A stretch of DNA of 64,000 bases from Octopus sinensis (taxonomy: Eukaryota). Shown in pieces: positions 11,671 through 25,078 of this stretch (positions are counted from its first letter, which is position 1; the number at the start of each line of letters is the position of its first letter). The notes under the pieces are model-generated. The model was not told the origin of the DNA. It made no database searches and saw only the letters and a program-made list of their open reading frames with translations. The DNA is taken from assembly GCF_006345805.1 (NCBI RefSeq), contig NC_043004.1, positions 17,050,001 through 17,114,000 on the forward strand, read 5' to 3'. A program made the translations under genes and the position numbers.

Positions 11671-12095
11671 GTAAGTTGAATGTGAAATCACGGTGATACA
11701 GAACTAAATTCATTTTTTAAATGTCTTGCTTTGAAGAACTGCATTTGGGTATGATTAGTATAATTTTGGTAGTAATGACTTTGTCCCTCTTAGTGTGAGG
11801 CATTTATGTGTAATAATGCCCTCTATACAATATAGATATAATTAATTTGTTCAAAAGAAAAAAAATATTTTCGAATTCTTTTCTTTTATGAGGTTTTTCA
11901 CGCTAACTACCTGATAATTTCTTGTTAAGATTCCTTATTAAGAGGTTATCCTCAATTGTTAAACTTATTCCGAAATACTTTTCTTACCCGACATGCAGTT
12001 TGAAAGAAGCCCGCCATTTACCGAATATATGATTTATAAACATTCCATGTGCTTGGCCGGAGTGAATAGATGTCTGTTCGTCTTCGCTACGTTAG

Positions 12096-12150
12096 GTTGG
12101 TGGTTTATTTATGATGTGTTCAGAATCAGTTCTGCTGAGGATCATAAGAC
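12096..12150 (+). CDS. Identical second copy of the candidate 55-bp exon
   Basis: Lies in copy 2 of the duplication with the same splice signals. Confidence 0.3.
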
Positions 12151-12303
12151 GTAAGTTGAATGTGAAATCACAGTGATACAGAACTAAATTCATTTTTTAA
12201 ATTCTTGCTTTGAAGAACTGCATTTGGTATGATTAGTATAATTTTGGTAGTAATGACTTTGTCCTCTTAGTGTGAGGCATTTATGTGTAATAATGCCCTC
12301 TAT

Positions 12304-12339
<36 letters not shown>

Positions 12340-12384
12340 ATATTATATATATATATATATATATATAGTATATTATATATTATA

Positions 12385-12875
12385 CAGGGTGGTCACAAAA
12401 TGGGAGATATCAAGAATGTTTTATCAGCAATGAAGTAGGAAGTCCATTTCAAATGTCCAAAGTGTTGGCGCTGTAACTCAAAACAAGTGTTGATACGGAA
12501 TTTGAAATTGCGATGAACCCTCTCAAATAATTCTTCATTGTCGTTCATAGTCTTCAACAATTCTTTCAAGTAAATGTCCTTCGTCACGAATCTTTTCAGA
12601 ATACACAAGGAATTTAATGTAGCCCCCAAACGAAAAGCTCCATGGGAGTTGAATGTGGTGACCGTGGTGTTCATTCAATTAGCCCGTGATGCCCGAGCCA
12701 TCTCCGTGGAAAATGTTCATTCAGAAAATCACGAACCTGTAATGTATAATGGAGCGGAGCCCCATCCTGCTGAAACCAGACAGGATTTCCCCATCCAAGT
12801 AAATGCACGTGAGGCATCATCTTGTTGCCAAGCATGCCCACATACGAATCTCCAGTCACAGAGCCTTCAAACAGA
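12385..12875 (-). pseudogene. Tc1/mariner-superfamily transposase remnant (C-terminal part and one TIR)
   Basis: Minus-strand WFQQDGAPLHYTLQVRDFLNEHFPRRWLG, then decayed IE*TPRSPHSTPMELFVWGYIK (cf. WPPRSPDLTPLDFFLWG). TA|CAGGGTGGTCACAAAA terminus at 12385. Confidence 0.85.
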
Positions 12876-13193
12876 CAGACAGACACGCAGACACATAGAC
12901 AGATAGACAGATAGATAGATATAAATATGCATATATATATATAATAGAAATATTTCGCGATGTCTCGAAAGTTTTTAGGGCCTAGCCTTTTGCTTATTTA
13001 AGGAACCAATATTAATTTGTCTTGTACCGTACAGAATTTGTGGTTGCTATCGTAAAATTACTTTTCTTATATAATGAACGTTAGACTTCATTTCGGTCTT
13101 CAATCTGTTTTTTTCTTTTGTTTCTTGTTTTTTTTTTTTTTGCTTTTGTTTCACTTGTCTTTTGTTTCGCTTGCTTTGTTTTGCTTTTGACAG

Positions 13194-13325
13194 CATCTTC
13201 GACCCTCTCCAAGGTTTCCAAGACTGGTGGACGGAAAGGAAGGGGTTATCCTCAAGCGGGAAATCTACTATAAATATATCCAACAGAATGTATCCACTAA
13301 AGATATTCCTCTCAATGGCTGGATG
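13194..13325 (+). CDS. Candidate 132-bp exon (HLRPSPRFPRLVDGKEGVILKREIYYKYIQQNVSTKDIPLNGWM; phase-2 frame also open)
   Basis: Long pyrimidine tract ending GACAG, ATG|GTAATT donor, 44 codons, GC above flanks. Product not recognised. Confidence 0.45.
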
Positions 13326-13713
13326 GTAATTTCGTTAAACTAGATGACGGATTAAACCTACTATGGAAAATCAAGAACATCTCTCTCCATCCTCCAATGA
13401 GTTTCTATACACTTACTATTCATCAAATTGCACTCATACGGTTTTGATCGAGCAGATGATGCGCAGTGGAACCCAATCCGAAACCACATATTTACAGAGC
13501 GCCTAGTTAAAGACATTTCATTTTTGGAACAGTGCATCGCGAAGCACATAAAGCTATAAATAAAAGCATGTAAAACCTTGTTTGCATACTACTTTATATG
13601 ATCTAGGGTTCACTGTCTGAAAAAAGTATATACATCAGTGACGAAGGATGACTTGGAATACACCAGCATCAACAATACAACGAACTTGCAAATTGATTAG
13701 ATATTCTTTTTTT

Positions 13714-14136
13714 TTACTCTTTTAATTGTTTCAGTCATTTGAATGTGGCCATGCTGGAGCACCGCCTTTAGTCGAGCAAATCGACCCCAGGCCTTATTCT
13801 TTGTAAGCCTAGTACTTATTCTATCGGTCTCTTTTGCCGAACCGCTAAGTTACGAGGACGTAATCACACACCAGCATCGGTTGTCAAACGAATCTGGGGG
13901 TCCAAACACAGACACACAAACATATACACATACGTACATACATACACACATATATATATACATACATATATACGACGGGCTTCTTTCAGTTTCTGTCTAC
14001 CAAATCCACTCACAAGGCTTTGGTCGGCCCGAGGCTATAGCAGAAGACACTTGCCCAAGGTGCCACGCAGTGGGACTGAACCCGGAACCATGTGGTTGGT
14101 AAGCAAGCTACTTACCACACAGCCGCTCCTACGCCT
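13714..14136 (-). mobile_element. Full-length CORE-type tRNA-derived SINE
   Basis: Minus-strand head AGGCGTAGGAGCGGCTGTGTGGTAAG (A box), GGTTCAGTCCC (B box), CCTTGGGCAAGTG core, internal microsatellite and family tail. Confidence 0.9.
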
Positions 14137-15248
14137 ATTTCTCGTCTAAATCTATCCGACTATGAGGAAAATTTTAAGTCTTTTGAATAGGAAAGTCTTT
14201 GATCTCTGCTGCACAGGGTACTAAAAACATGAGCGCTTCTCGCCCGTTTATTTTTGTCTCTTTGACGTTGCTTTCCCGATGGGAATACGAAGACACTAAC
14301 ACCATTGCCTTTTATTTGCTATGACTGAAAGCAAGCAGAAACAAATTGTTTTTTTCTGCTTTTCTATCTTTTGACTTCTCATTAGTTTGTTTTGACTCTT
14401 GCTTTTGAACTGTCGGCTGACGAACCAAAATAAGCCCTGACGTCATAACCTCTTTACACTCAACAATCCCGTGGTGTTTCATCTTTTTCACGTTACACCT
14501 GCAGCAGTAGCTGTAGATTTATAACATAATGACATTGTAATTGACACATAGAATTAATGAGTGTAGAATACAATTACGTATATTATAACTAATGAAAGAC
14601 TTCACGTAATACGAGTGAAATGAGTTTTAGATTGTTTGGTGTGCCACGACGCCTTTTTATATGCTCACTTCCCTGAAATTCAGAGCATGGCTACGCCTCT
14701 GCTAAGATTGAAAGCAAGCAGGAAAAAATCCGCTTTTTTTTCTGCCTTTCTCTCTTTTTACTGCTCACTTTTTTGTGTTCTTTTGTTTTTGTTTTTCTTT
14801 TGTTTTTTTTTCTTCTGTTTCATTTTTCATTGACGCTCCCTTCTCAATAAAAGAGGAAAGCAATCAATTCACTGCGCCTCCTACTTTTCTCGCTACGCTA
14901 CGCAAACATGAGATTTCTCTGCTTAGACTTGTTTAAAAAATATCGATTGTTTACAATTTATCCTAAGAAATGAAGGGATGGGAAATACAAAAATATATCA
15001 CGAGGACAATGAGGACAGTTAAACATAATGGTTAATTTTGTATTACACAAAGATTATTTATACTAGAAAAATAGTAAGGCATACAGTGCACGCCTCGCAT
15101 ACATAGGACCTTCACCCCAAAAACATAAGGACACAGAAAAAATGTCATGGCCAACTGGAAACGGTGTTTCATGAGGCTAAATAGCAGTAGCATTTTTCCC
15201 TGTCCTGGGACTGCCACATTAAGTTGGCAACAAACCATCACTATATAA

Positions 15249-15375
15249 AGAGACCAATAGAATAAGTACTGGGCTTACAAAGAATAAGTCCCGGGGTCGA
15301 TTTGCTCGACTAAAGGCGGTGCTCCAACATGGCTGCAGTCAAATGACTGAAACAAGTAAAAGAAAGAAAGAAAGA
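15249..15375 (+). mobile_element. CORE-type SINE 3' fragment
   Basis: GAATAAGTACTGGGCTTACAAAGAATAAGTCC...GACTGAAACAAGTAAAAG. Confidence 0.9.
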
Positions 15376-15385
15376 ATATATATAT

Positions 15386-15505
15386 AGGCGCAGGAGTGGC
15401 TGTGTGGTATCTTGGGCAAGTGTCTTCTACTATAGCCTCGGGCCGACCAAAGCCTTGTGAGTGGATTTGGTAGACGGAAACTGAAAGAAGCCCGTCGTAT
15501 ATATG

Positions 15506-15564
<59 letters not shown>

Positions 15565-15708
15565 TTGTGTGTCTGTGTTTGTCCCCCTAGCATTCCTTGA
15601 CAACCGATGCTGGTGTGTTTATGTCCCCGTCAATTAGCGGTTCAGCAAAAGAGACCGAGAGAATAAGTGCTGGGCTTACAAAGAATAAGTCCCGGGGTCG
15701 ATTTGTTC
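15386..15708 (+). mobile_element. CORE-type SINE lacking the B-box segment
   Basis: AGGCGCAGGAGTGGCTGTGTGGTA is joined directly to TCTTGGGCAAGTG; about 50 bp are missing relative to the 13.7-kb copy. Confidence 0.9.
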
Positions 15709-16430
15709 CAATTCGAGGACGTGGAACAAGCGTTATTGGACGCTCAGGAAAGGAAAGAAAGAAGGACAATTTAACGTTTTGAGCGGCGCTCTTCGTCATA
15801 AACATAGAAAAAGGAAAGGTCCAAGGAAGGGAAGATGGAGAAAGAAAATTGCCAGCGATACACACGCGGTCACATATTGAAAACATGTTTATAAATATAT
15901 ATGTATGTATGCATGCATGCATGTATGTATGTATGCATGTATGTATGTATGCATTCTGCTCGAAATGTAAAACACCCTTTCTTTCCTTCTCTCTCTCTAT
16001 ATATATATATGTGTGTATATATATATATTTATATATATATATATGTGTGTGGTGTGTGTGTGTGTGTGTGTGTGTGTGCATATACATACATGCACACGTA
16101 TACATATACATAGATAATTCTATTTATTTTAAATTAGAAACACGTTTTCAATACAGCATCATCTGATAAAGAGTAGATTGAGAGTCATGTTAAGTTATGT
16201 ACGATAAAACGGGATTATCTCAACTGATGAATCTAGCGATATCTACACCGTTTGCATCACTTAGCACTATAGCTTCCATTTTCACCCTGCTGACCTCTAC
16301 AATCAATCGTGCGAATCGAAAGAACCCGAAATCATGGATTTTAAACCCCGTTTATCACACGTAAATTAAAATGCATATTATATATGTGTGTACATGTATA
16401 CTATACACGTACATATGTATATTACGCATA

Positions 16431-16474
<44 letters not shown>

Positions 16475-17557
16475 CAAATATTATGCATCTGTATATTATA
16501 TATTTGTGCTATTGTGTGTATATGTGTGTATGCGCGGATGTGTCTCTACACGCATGCGTGTCTAGATTATGATATTAAAATGTATGGAAGAGATTTTCCC
16601 CCCGATAGAGTGCTTGGTCTGTATAGGAACGAAGGCGTGGTTGTGTAGCTTTCAAAAAGCTCTTTCGCATCAAAATCTGTTGTTCTCCACAATGCATTAT
16701 CCTATTAAGGGAGATTTTATAGCTAAACTCATAAATAGTGGAAATAACGAATAAATAACAAATCAAAAATTATGTATCCATTAAAATCAGTAATTGCAAG
16801 AGGCTGTGTTTATTGCCGTTCACACACACACACACACACCACACACACATACACACAACCATGTAGTTATGCATATATGTATTTGAATGTGCGTGTGAGA
16901 GGATGTATACACACACACACTATATATATATATTATATATATATATATATTATATATACTATATATATATAAAATCAAAATTATGTATCCATTTAAAACC
17001 AGTAATTGCAAGAACCTATATTAAATTCGTGTTTATCGTCGCTTACTCATAATAGAGTTTGTGTATGGAAATATACAGGTATGTACATGTGTGAGCGTGT
17101 GTTTGTGTATATGCGTGTACATATTTATATACGCATAATTATCTATGTGTATATATATATGTATGTATGTATATATATATATATATAACATACATACATA
17201 TATATATATACATATACATATACGCACACATTTATTAATCCCTCTTGTTATATATCTATATATGCTGTTAAGTATATACTTTACAACATCTTCCAATACA
17301 TTATGCGTATATATGTCGGCATAGATGTAGGTAAAGCTAACTTTTCATACAAATATATGTATTCGTGCCTGCATTAATATGTGTGTGTATGCGCGCGCGT
17401 AAGTGTTTGTGTGAAAGTTATAAATAAACTGTATACAGTGGCTACCGCGCAAAACTCAACGGATATCTTCGTACCTGCAGTTGCCCCCTTAGTAATCAAT
17501 GAAGGCGAGTAGAACTACCCTCTATGAAAATCAAAGATGCATTATAAGTCGATGCAT

Positions 17558-17694
17558 TATAAGAAGTTTGCTTCACAACCACATGGGTTCGGGTAAGTCC
17601 CACTGCGTGGCACTACTATTGCCTCGGTCCGACTAAAACCTTATGAGTAGATGTAGCAGACAGAAACTTAATGAATCCGTCGTATATATATATA

Positions 17695-17753
<59 letters not shown>

Positions 17754-18490
17754 GGATATATATATGGATATATATATGTGCGTGTACCGTAAATCTTTGA
17801 GTATAATCCGCATATTTTTCGCAAAATTTAAAGGTCTTAATCCCTAGTGCGTACTATATACGAGATTAAAAATGAGAAATATTTTCTAAGCAAAGTCTGT
17901 GTCTCTATTTGCTGTCCGGCAATGTTTATTCAGACGCATTTTGTGATGTCGCGCGCGAAAATACCTTAAGCTAAGCCTGAAAGAAATGAAGTCATAAAAG
18001 AATCATCCATAACTTGCTGTAAGCAACATTTATTAAACGTTATTACTGTTACTTCTTTATTTTCAGCAAAATATGCTACACGTTTGCATTATGTTATATA
18101 TACAATAACGATAAAAGACGTTACTGTATAAATTTTTACAAACCAAGGACGTTATATAGACTTCCTTGACTCAAGTTAGAGAAGGGGTGCGTATTATACA
18201 CAAGGTTTAGGTCTTTCAGAGGTACAGCCCCCTAAATATCCCCTGCATATTATACTCAAGAGCGGACTATACTCAAGGATTTACGGTATGTATGTGTGCT
18301 TGTGGGTTTGTGTCTGTGCCTGTGTTTGTCCCCCACCAGCGCTTAACAACAAGTGTTGATGTGTTTACGTAACTTAGTAGTCTGGTAGAAAGGAACTGAT
18401 ATAATAATTATCAGACTTTAGAAAAGTACAGGGGTCGAATTGTTCGACTAAACCTTTGAAGGTGGTGCCCCGACATTGCCGCAGTCTAAT
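17558..18490 (+). mobile_element. Diverged CORE-type SINE split by (TA)n and a MITE
   Basis: 5' part CACAACCACATGGGTTCGGG...CCCACTGCGTGGCAC to ~17690; 3' part TGTGTTTGTCCCCCACC...GGGGTCGAATTGTTCGACTAAA from ~18290. Confidence 0.7.
17787..18286. mobile_element. 500-bp non-autonomous Tc1/mariner (Tc2/pogo-like) MITE
   Basis: TA|CCGTAAATCTTTGAGTATAATCCGC ... GCGGACTATACTCAAGGATTTACGG|TA; 25-bp TIRs with 2 mismatches and a TA TSD. Confidence 0.9.
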
Positions 18491-20185
18491 AATTGTAGGA
18501 AGTTAATTGATAAAAAAGAAAATTCCCTCGCAACCCAACGAGGTAACCTCAACGTAGTCGTTGCCGACTTAGAAAATGGCGTGTCTATTCATTGCTAAAC
18601 TCTCTGATGACTGAATCGTGCGGTTATTGTTGCATAGTTCCAAGTCAGTTCTGATTGAATATTAAAGTTAAAGGCTGTCTGAAGTTTGTTGTCCGTTTCG
18701 TTGGATCTAAATTGAGGGTACAAGATTCTACTTTAGATGCAATGCGAGACCGTTGCAAGGCTACCCCTGCTGCTGCTGCTGCTGCTGCTGCAAGTACTCA
18801 TTTAGCTCAATAAAGGAGAGCAACCGTGAACTGTAACCTATCATTATAAAACTGAATAGCCTCCCTTGTTTGTTGTGCTATTATAAATCAGTCTCATTTT
18901 GGAGATCTTTTTCAATTTGTAGCAAGCACTCTGTATGTTTGTTAAATGGTGAATAAAACCTGAGAAAGGTAAATAACCCTTAATATATATCAAACTGAGA
19001 CCAACACACACAGCATCCGATCCATGTATGGAACCTACAACCGGCCTCACAGCCGTGGGCCCAACACTTTAACCCTTGGGGAACGTGCATTCCCGACTGT
19101 GCATATCTATGGGAAATTACATTTCAGTGGTAAACATCCACATGACTTTCAAGACTGTATTATGCAATGTTTCATTCATTTTTTAAAGAAGATAGGCTGT
19201 GTCATGGGAGAAGATTTAGTTGTTATTTCTAGCAAGCGAATTGATTGCCTAGCGAGATCTATGTCAACCTAGAAGATATGAGAAACGATGATTCTGCTCT
19301 ATTTTCGGAAATTTTTTTAAAGTGTTGTGAATTCTTTTGTGCGTGCTTCTGTGTACGAGTGCGTAAGTGTGGGAGCGTGTGTGCTCGTGTGTGCGCGTGT
19401 GTGTGTGTGTGTGTTATCTCTTTCAATAAAGTTTGCCTTTAGAGTGTTACAGACAGCCAGACAAAGAGAGGGAGACTCCGAGAGACCAGAGAGTCAAAAA
19501 CAGAGAGCTGCAGAGAGAGAATGCATGAAAATGATTGAACGAAGGAGTCTGTGCGTACATGTATGTGCGAATTGTATGGGCAGCAGCATATAGTGTTGCA
19601 GATAAATGATATTGATGTAACTTCAGTGTCACCCAATCTTTGTAGCACTCTACCTGTCATTGGTGTCACACTTTTGAACAAGGGTCATCGCTCTGCTTAA
19701 CGAAACCAGTCCATAACATGTAGGCAGAGAAGAGAAGCTAATTAAATTGACCTCAACACTCGAATGGTAGAAGGAAATGCCAAGTTAACCTCGCCGTGAT
19801 TTGAAACTGGAACATAAAGAGCTGTAGCTTGTACCATAAAACATTTACTCTCCTCTCTGTTGACTCTGTCAATCCATTGCCTTCATGCATTGAATCCTAC
19901 TGCTTTTCACATATTTCTTCTGTCTGATACTTTATAAATACCAGGAAACGGATACAATCGACTGTTTCTTTTCCTCGAACTTTGAGACCTTCTGCCCGCT
20001 TAATTTTGGTGAACATTTGCTATTACAGTTTCATGATGTTGTCATGTGGGGTTCAGGTCCTGTTGTTTTTTTCACACAACTCGTGAGATTTATAATGCTT
20101 GTAGTTAAAACATGTTCTAACGAATATACCGACTGTGTAACCTCATGAATTCGAAAAGATAGATAGATAGCGAGAAAGAGAGGTA

Positions 20186-20236
<51 letters not shown>

Positions 20237-20239
<3 letters not shown>

Positions 20240-20470
20240 AGAATTCACGATAAAACAAAAGACGAAGACAGGTGTTGTAGAAAACAAACAGATGTATTAG
20301 TATAACGCTCGGGAATTGAAAAAGTCTTTAACGTTTCGAGCCTACACTCTTCCACAGAAAGGAACACGGAAAGAAACAAGGAGAGAAACAAGGAGAGAAA
20401 AAATGTGTGTAGTGGCTACCGATCTATCATGGCGAATGTCGGACAGAAGGGTCACACAGGAAGGCTAAGA
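20237..20470 (-). mobile_element. Penelope-like 3' terminus with a variant hammerhead, abutting (TA)n
   Basis: Minus 20361-20326: CTTT-CTGTGGA-A-GAG-TGTAGG-CTC-GAAA-CG-TT-AAAG, then a pyrimidine-rich tail into (TA)n. Confidence 0.55.
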
Positions 20471-20997
20471 AGTAGGGGAGATAACAAAGTAGTATTGATC
20501 CCAAAACGAAGGTGCGCATGTGTGGGAGAGAGTACGTATATCCGTGTGAAAGAGGGCTGGTGACCTTAACGCGTGCGTGTGTGCATGTGTAGGTGTGAAA
20601 ATGTGGGGATGGGAATTGGTCAGTGCTGGTGCGTGCGTGGTGGTGTGGTATACATATATTAGCCCGTATATAAATGTGAACATTTGTATATATGCTTATG
20701 GATGCGTGTTATTCGTACGAGTATGTATAAATGTTTATAATTATGTAGAATTTGTCATACCATACTGTTGAGGCTAAGGAGATTTGACATCTCTGAACCA
20801 GAAATGGATTTATGGTTAAACTTACTTTTAAAAATCTTATTTATTCACTTTCCTCGCTTTCAATCCATGCTAATACAGTGAATAATTGTAGTTCATAGAG
20901 CTGTTTAGCGTCTATTTCTAGAATGTGGCGTTCTTCGTTACTCCCCTTATTATCATAATAATATTTATAGAATTATATATACTTGTATAGTTGTATG

Positions 20998-21053
<56 letters not shown>

Positions 21054-21329
21054 TATATATTATATATATATATACATAAGCATGTATGTATGTATGTATG
21101 TATGCTTCTACGTGTTAATAATAGAAATACATTTTAATTGAAAGTTATTTAAGTTTCTGATGTAATATAATAAATAACATCTCAAGGAATTGGTAATTCT
21201 TTGAGTTGGCAACACTCAAATAATGGAGCTATTTTTCTAATAAAGACCTTTCTTTCAAAAGCAGGAATAACTGAATATACAGAAACCTAAAACAGTTATG
21301 AGGTTCATTGAAAGAAGTGGAATAATCAG

Positions 21330-21905
21330 AGAATTGAAAGGAAAATACATGAAGAAGGAAAGAGGGAGAAGAGACAGCACGAGAGAGATGGGGAGGGGTG
21401 AAGTGATGGGTGAGATGGGGATAAAGGGACAGTGGGGACGGAATGGTAATTAAAATAAAGACACAGGGAGAAAAGGCTACAAAGAGAAATACGATGGAAT
21501 GGAAATAGAAGAGAGAAGGAATGAGAGAGATTGGGAGTTAAAAGCATGAGATGAAAGTTAGAAAGCAAAATTCAAATAAAGAGCAGTCTGTGAGAAAAAA
21601 ACATACACAATGAACGAGGTATAGAGAGAAAGAGAAAGAGAGAGAGAGATGGAGAGAGGAGGGAGGAGAGAGAAAGAAGATGTGTAGGGGTAAGTGAGAG
21701 AGCAAATGGAGAAAAACGAATGGGAATAAAGCAAATATAAAAAGCAACAGTCTGGAAAAACAGCGAAAGATATCGAGAGAGAGAGAGAGAGGAATATGAA
21801 AAGAGAAGTAGGATGAGAGCTACATATAAGAAGTAAACGAGAGGACGTTATAGGAAGAAAAGACAGAAGAGTTGGATAGACAGGGAAAAGAAGAGAAGTA
21901 TAGAT
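21330..21905. repeat. Purine-rich (GA/A-rich) low-complexity tract
   Basis: Strong A/G strand bias, no stable period. Confidence 0.85.
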
Positions 21906-22230
21906 ATAATATATGGGCCTGTCTTTATTTTTGTTCTTTTATTCTTATCTGATTAAATTTATTAGATTCCCGTGTGAAAATCAATGGTAAAGCATTGAAC
22001 TGAGCCATTCATCTCTACTCAAAACAGGTTACTTCGCTTGAACCATTGGCTTCTGACAGATATTAAACATATTTTAGCCAATATGCAGTTATGCACAACT
22101 GCCTTAAATACTGAGCATACAAAAGGAGATGGCGCAATTTAACTGCGCCGTATATTGGGTTGTACGTTTAACTATTGATTAGGGCCAGTTCTCTTTACGG
22201 ACAACTTAATTTACGACTTTTCATCTTCAG

Positions 22231-22292
22231 ATATAATATCCGTACTATTTCATGTTTTGATATTATTAACCATTATTGAACAACATAAGGAA
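22231..22292 (+). CDS. Candidate 62-bp exon (IISVLFHVLILLTIIEQHKE)
   Basis: CTTTTCATCTTCAG acceptor, GAA|GTGAGT donor, only phase 1-0 open. Confidence 0.35.
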
Positions 22293-22684
22293 GTGAGTAG
22301 TTCTGCACCAGAGAATTGGATAAAGAAACTAAAGCGTGGAGAGATCGAAAGCAAACAGTCTAATTCTTCCTCTCATAATTTTGTAACACGAAAGATATTA
22401 AATAGAAGAGAGATGGTAACATTTGTATATTCGAATTAGGCAAGGATTACTTGTAGTAATTGCTTTAATCATGTCTACTAACATAGTAGAACATTGGATT
22501 ACATATCATATAGCATCTACTTTCATTGCTCTCTGTTGCAATCTCAAATCTGGTTTATGTGAATTTTGACATTTTATCTGGACTGGATTTAATAAATATA
22601 TCAGTCATATCCGGAGAAGTTTTATCTCTTGTTTGCTTAACATTAGGGAGACAAAACAAATGAATTATGAGATTCGCATTAAAT

Positions 22685-23100
<416 letters not shown>

Positions 23101-23732
23101 TATATATATATGTGACAATGATGAGCGCTTCTTGCACGGTGTTCAGAGTATTGACACATTCTTCATGCAGTATTTTTCCTTTTTCGACTACGGCCATAAT
23201 AGTGACGTTAAAAATCAAGTGATGCATGCATAGATATACATATATGTATATCACATATGCATACACACACACAGACGTGTGTCAGCATGTGTGTGTGTTT
23301 CGTGTTATTAGTGCGATGTTCTCATTTTGCAACCAAGTATATTAAGGTTTACAAGTTAAATTTGTGCCTTTTTTTCGTGTTAGCAGTGCGATGTTGTCAT
23401 TTTTCTGTTTATTTGTATTGCTTTTCGGAAGAATTCAGAACCACCACTAAAAGATATATTTCATATGCGAATACATGTATGCGAATAATGCGATCAAAGA
23501 TAGAAAAAAATAGGTAATTGGTGTATATACGTATTTCATGTGTAATTGCTCTTTCATCAGCACCATATCCAACTATCCACGAATGCTTAAATATCCACTA
23601 CGATTAGTGGTGCAACGCTGTTAGATAGACCAATTTACATATTGAATACATACCTGGCAGATGATACGTAAATATTAATTGCCAGCAAGGACACGGCATT
23701 TCGTTTTCCAACCATAATATACCGCCAAGTAC

Positions 23733-23946
23733 ATTGGTTTCAAATTTTGGCACAGACCAGCATTTCATGGGAGGGAGCTAAGTCGATTACATCGACCCAG
23801 TGTTGAACTAGTACTTATTTCATCAACCCCGAAAGGATGAAATGCAAAGTGGACCTCGACAGAACTTGAACTCAGAACGTAAGGACGGGCGAAATGCAGC
23901 TAAGCATTTCGCCCGGAGTTATTACTATTCTCCCAGCTCACCGCCT
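23733..23946 (-). mobile_element. Nin/Deu-like SINE
   Basis: ATTGGTTTCAAATTTTGGCAC tail; CCCCGAAAGGATGAAA core; CCAGCTCACCGCC head. Confidence 0.85.
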
Positions 23947-24346
23947 TATATACTAACAAATACATTAATATTTAATAGAGAACTGATGAGGGATTATAAT
24001 TACAAAACATGTCCACAACCGTCATTTTGCCAGGTAACAAAATTCAGATTCCTACAACCACCACAAGATTAATAAATTATTTTTTTGTGAAATTAATTCT
24101 TAATGTCTGGAAATTTATGTCTTTGAAAGTCGCTAACAATTTCAGCTAGGCTTTGTTTTTGTTTTTTTTTAAGAGGTAAATTTAAATTCATTTGCAATTT
24201 TTGTGTATTAAATTGTGAAATCATCGCCATCTTGCATTATCTAAATGCATTAAGTTTTGTTTATATAAAAGAAAAATATTTATTTGTATTCAAGTAAGAG
24301 AGTTATTACTATTAAAGTGTTTACTTTATTATTTCAGGCCCTCTAG

Positions 24347-24400
24347 ATCAAAGGAATTGATGATTCACTGAGCGTGAACATAGATAATGAGAAAGAAAGA
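24347..24400 (+). CDS. Candidate 54-bp exon (IKGIDDSLSVNIDNEKER)
   Basis: TTATTTCAGGCCCTCTAG acceptor, AGA|GTAAGT donor, phase 0-0, compatible with the 22231 exon. Confidence 0.35.
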
Positions 24401-24534
24401 GTAAGTAGAAGTTCTAATGAAAAAATAATGAACAAATGTTTAATGTGAGATGAAATTCAATATTTTTAGTAAGAAGAGAGGTGAATGTTTGAATGGATTT
24501 GATCTTGAGATGCACAAAGTTAATTATCGTTTAT

Positions 24535-24780
24535 CTGTTACTCGTTTCAATCACTGGGCTGCGGCCATGCTGAAACACCACCTTGTAGGGACTTAGTCCA
24601 ACAAAATCACACCAGTACTTATATGTTTTGAAAGTTTTTTTTTTTGTTTTTTAAGCCTGATACTTATTCTATCGGTTCTCTTCTCCCGAAACGATAAGTT
24701 ACGAGAGCGTAAATAAACCTATACCAGTTGTCAAGCGGTGATGGGTAACAAACACAGACGCACATACACACACACACACA
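24535..24780 (-). mobile_element. CORE-type SINE 3' half, diverged
   Basis: GCTGCGGCCATGCTG...TACTTATTCTATCGGT...GTTGTCAAGCGGTG...CAAACACAGAC. Confidence 0.75.
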
Positions 24781-24884
24781 CACCACACACACACACATGT
24801 ATGTATATGTGTATGTATATAATAAATAATAAATTCTCGTATATTCGATCTCCCGTCTTTCATTTTCCATATATATATATATAT

Positions 24885-25078
24885 ATACATACATACATAC
24901 ATACATACATACATACAAACATACATACATACATACATACATACATGCATGCATGCATGCATGCATGCATGCATACATGCATGTATGCATACATACATAC
25001 ATAATACATACATACATACATACATACATACATACATACATACATACATACATACATACATACATACATACATACATA
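24885..25078. repeat. (TACA)n/(TGCA)n microsatellite
   Basis: Directly visible. Confidence 0.95.

Larger units (their letters stand above)
11485..12312 (+). repeat. Near-identical ~350-bp direct duplication (11485-11834 and 11962-12312)
   Basis: TCCGAAATAC at 11491 and 11969 (period 478); the copies differ by a few indels and substitutions; bounded by (TA)n. Confidence 0.95.

Noticed and set aside
13714-14136. tRNA genes at SINE heads (also 56612, 61163, 62249)
   Set aside because: A/B boxes are present, but there is no complete cloverleaf and each continues into a SINE body.
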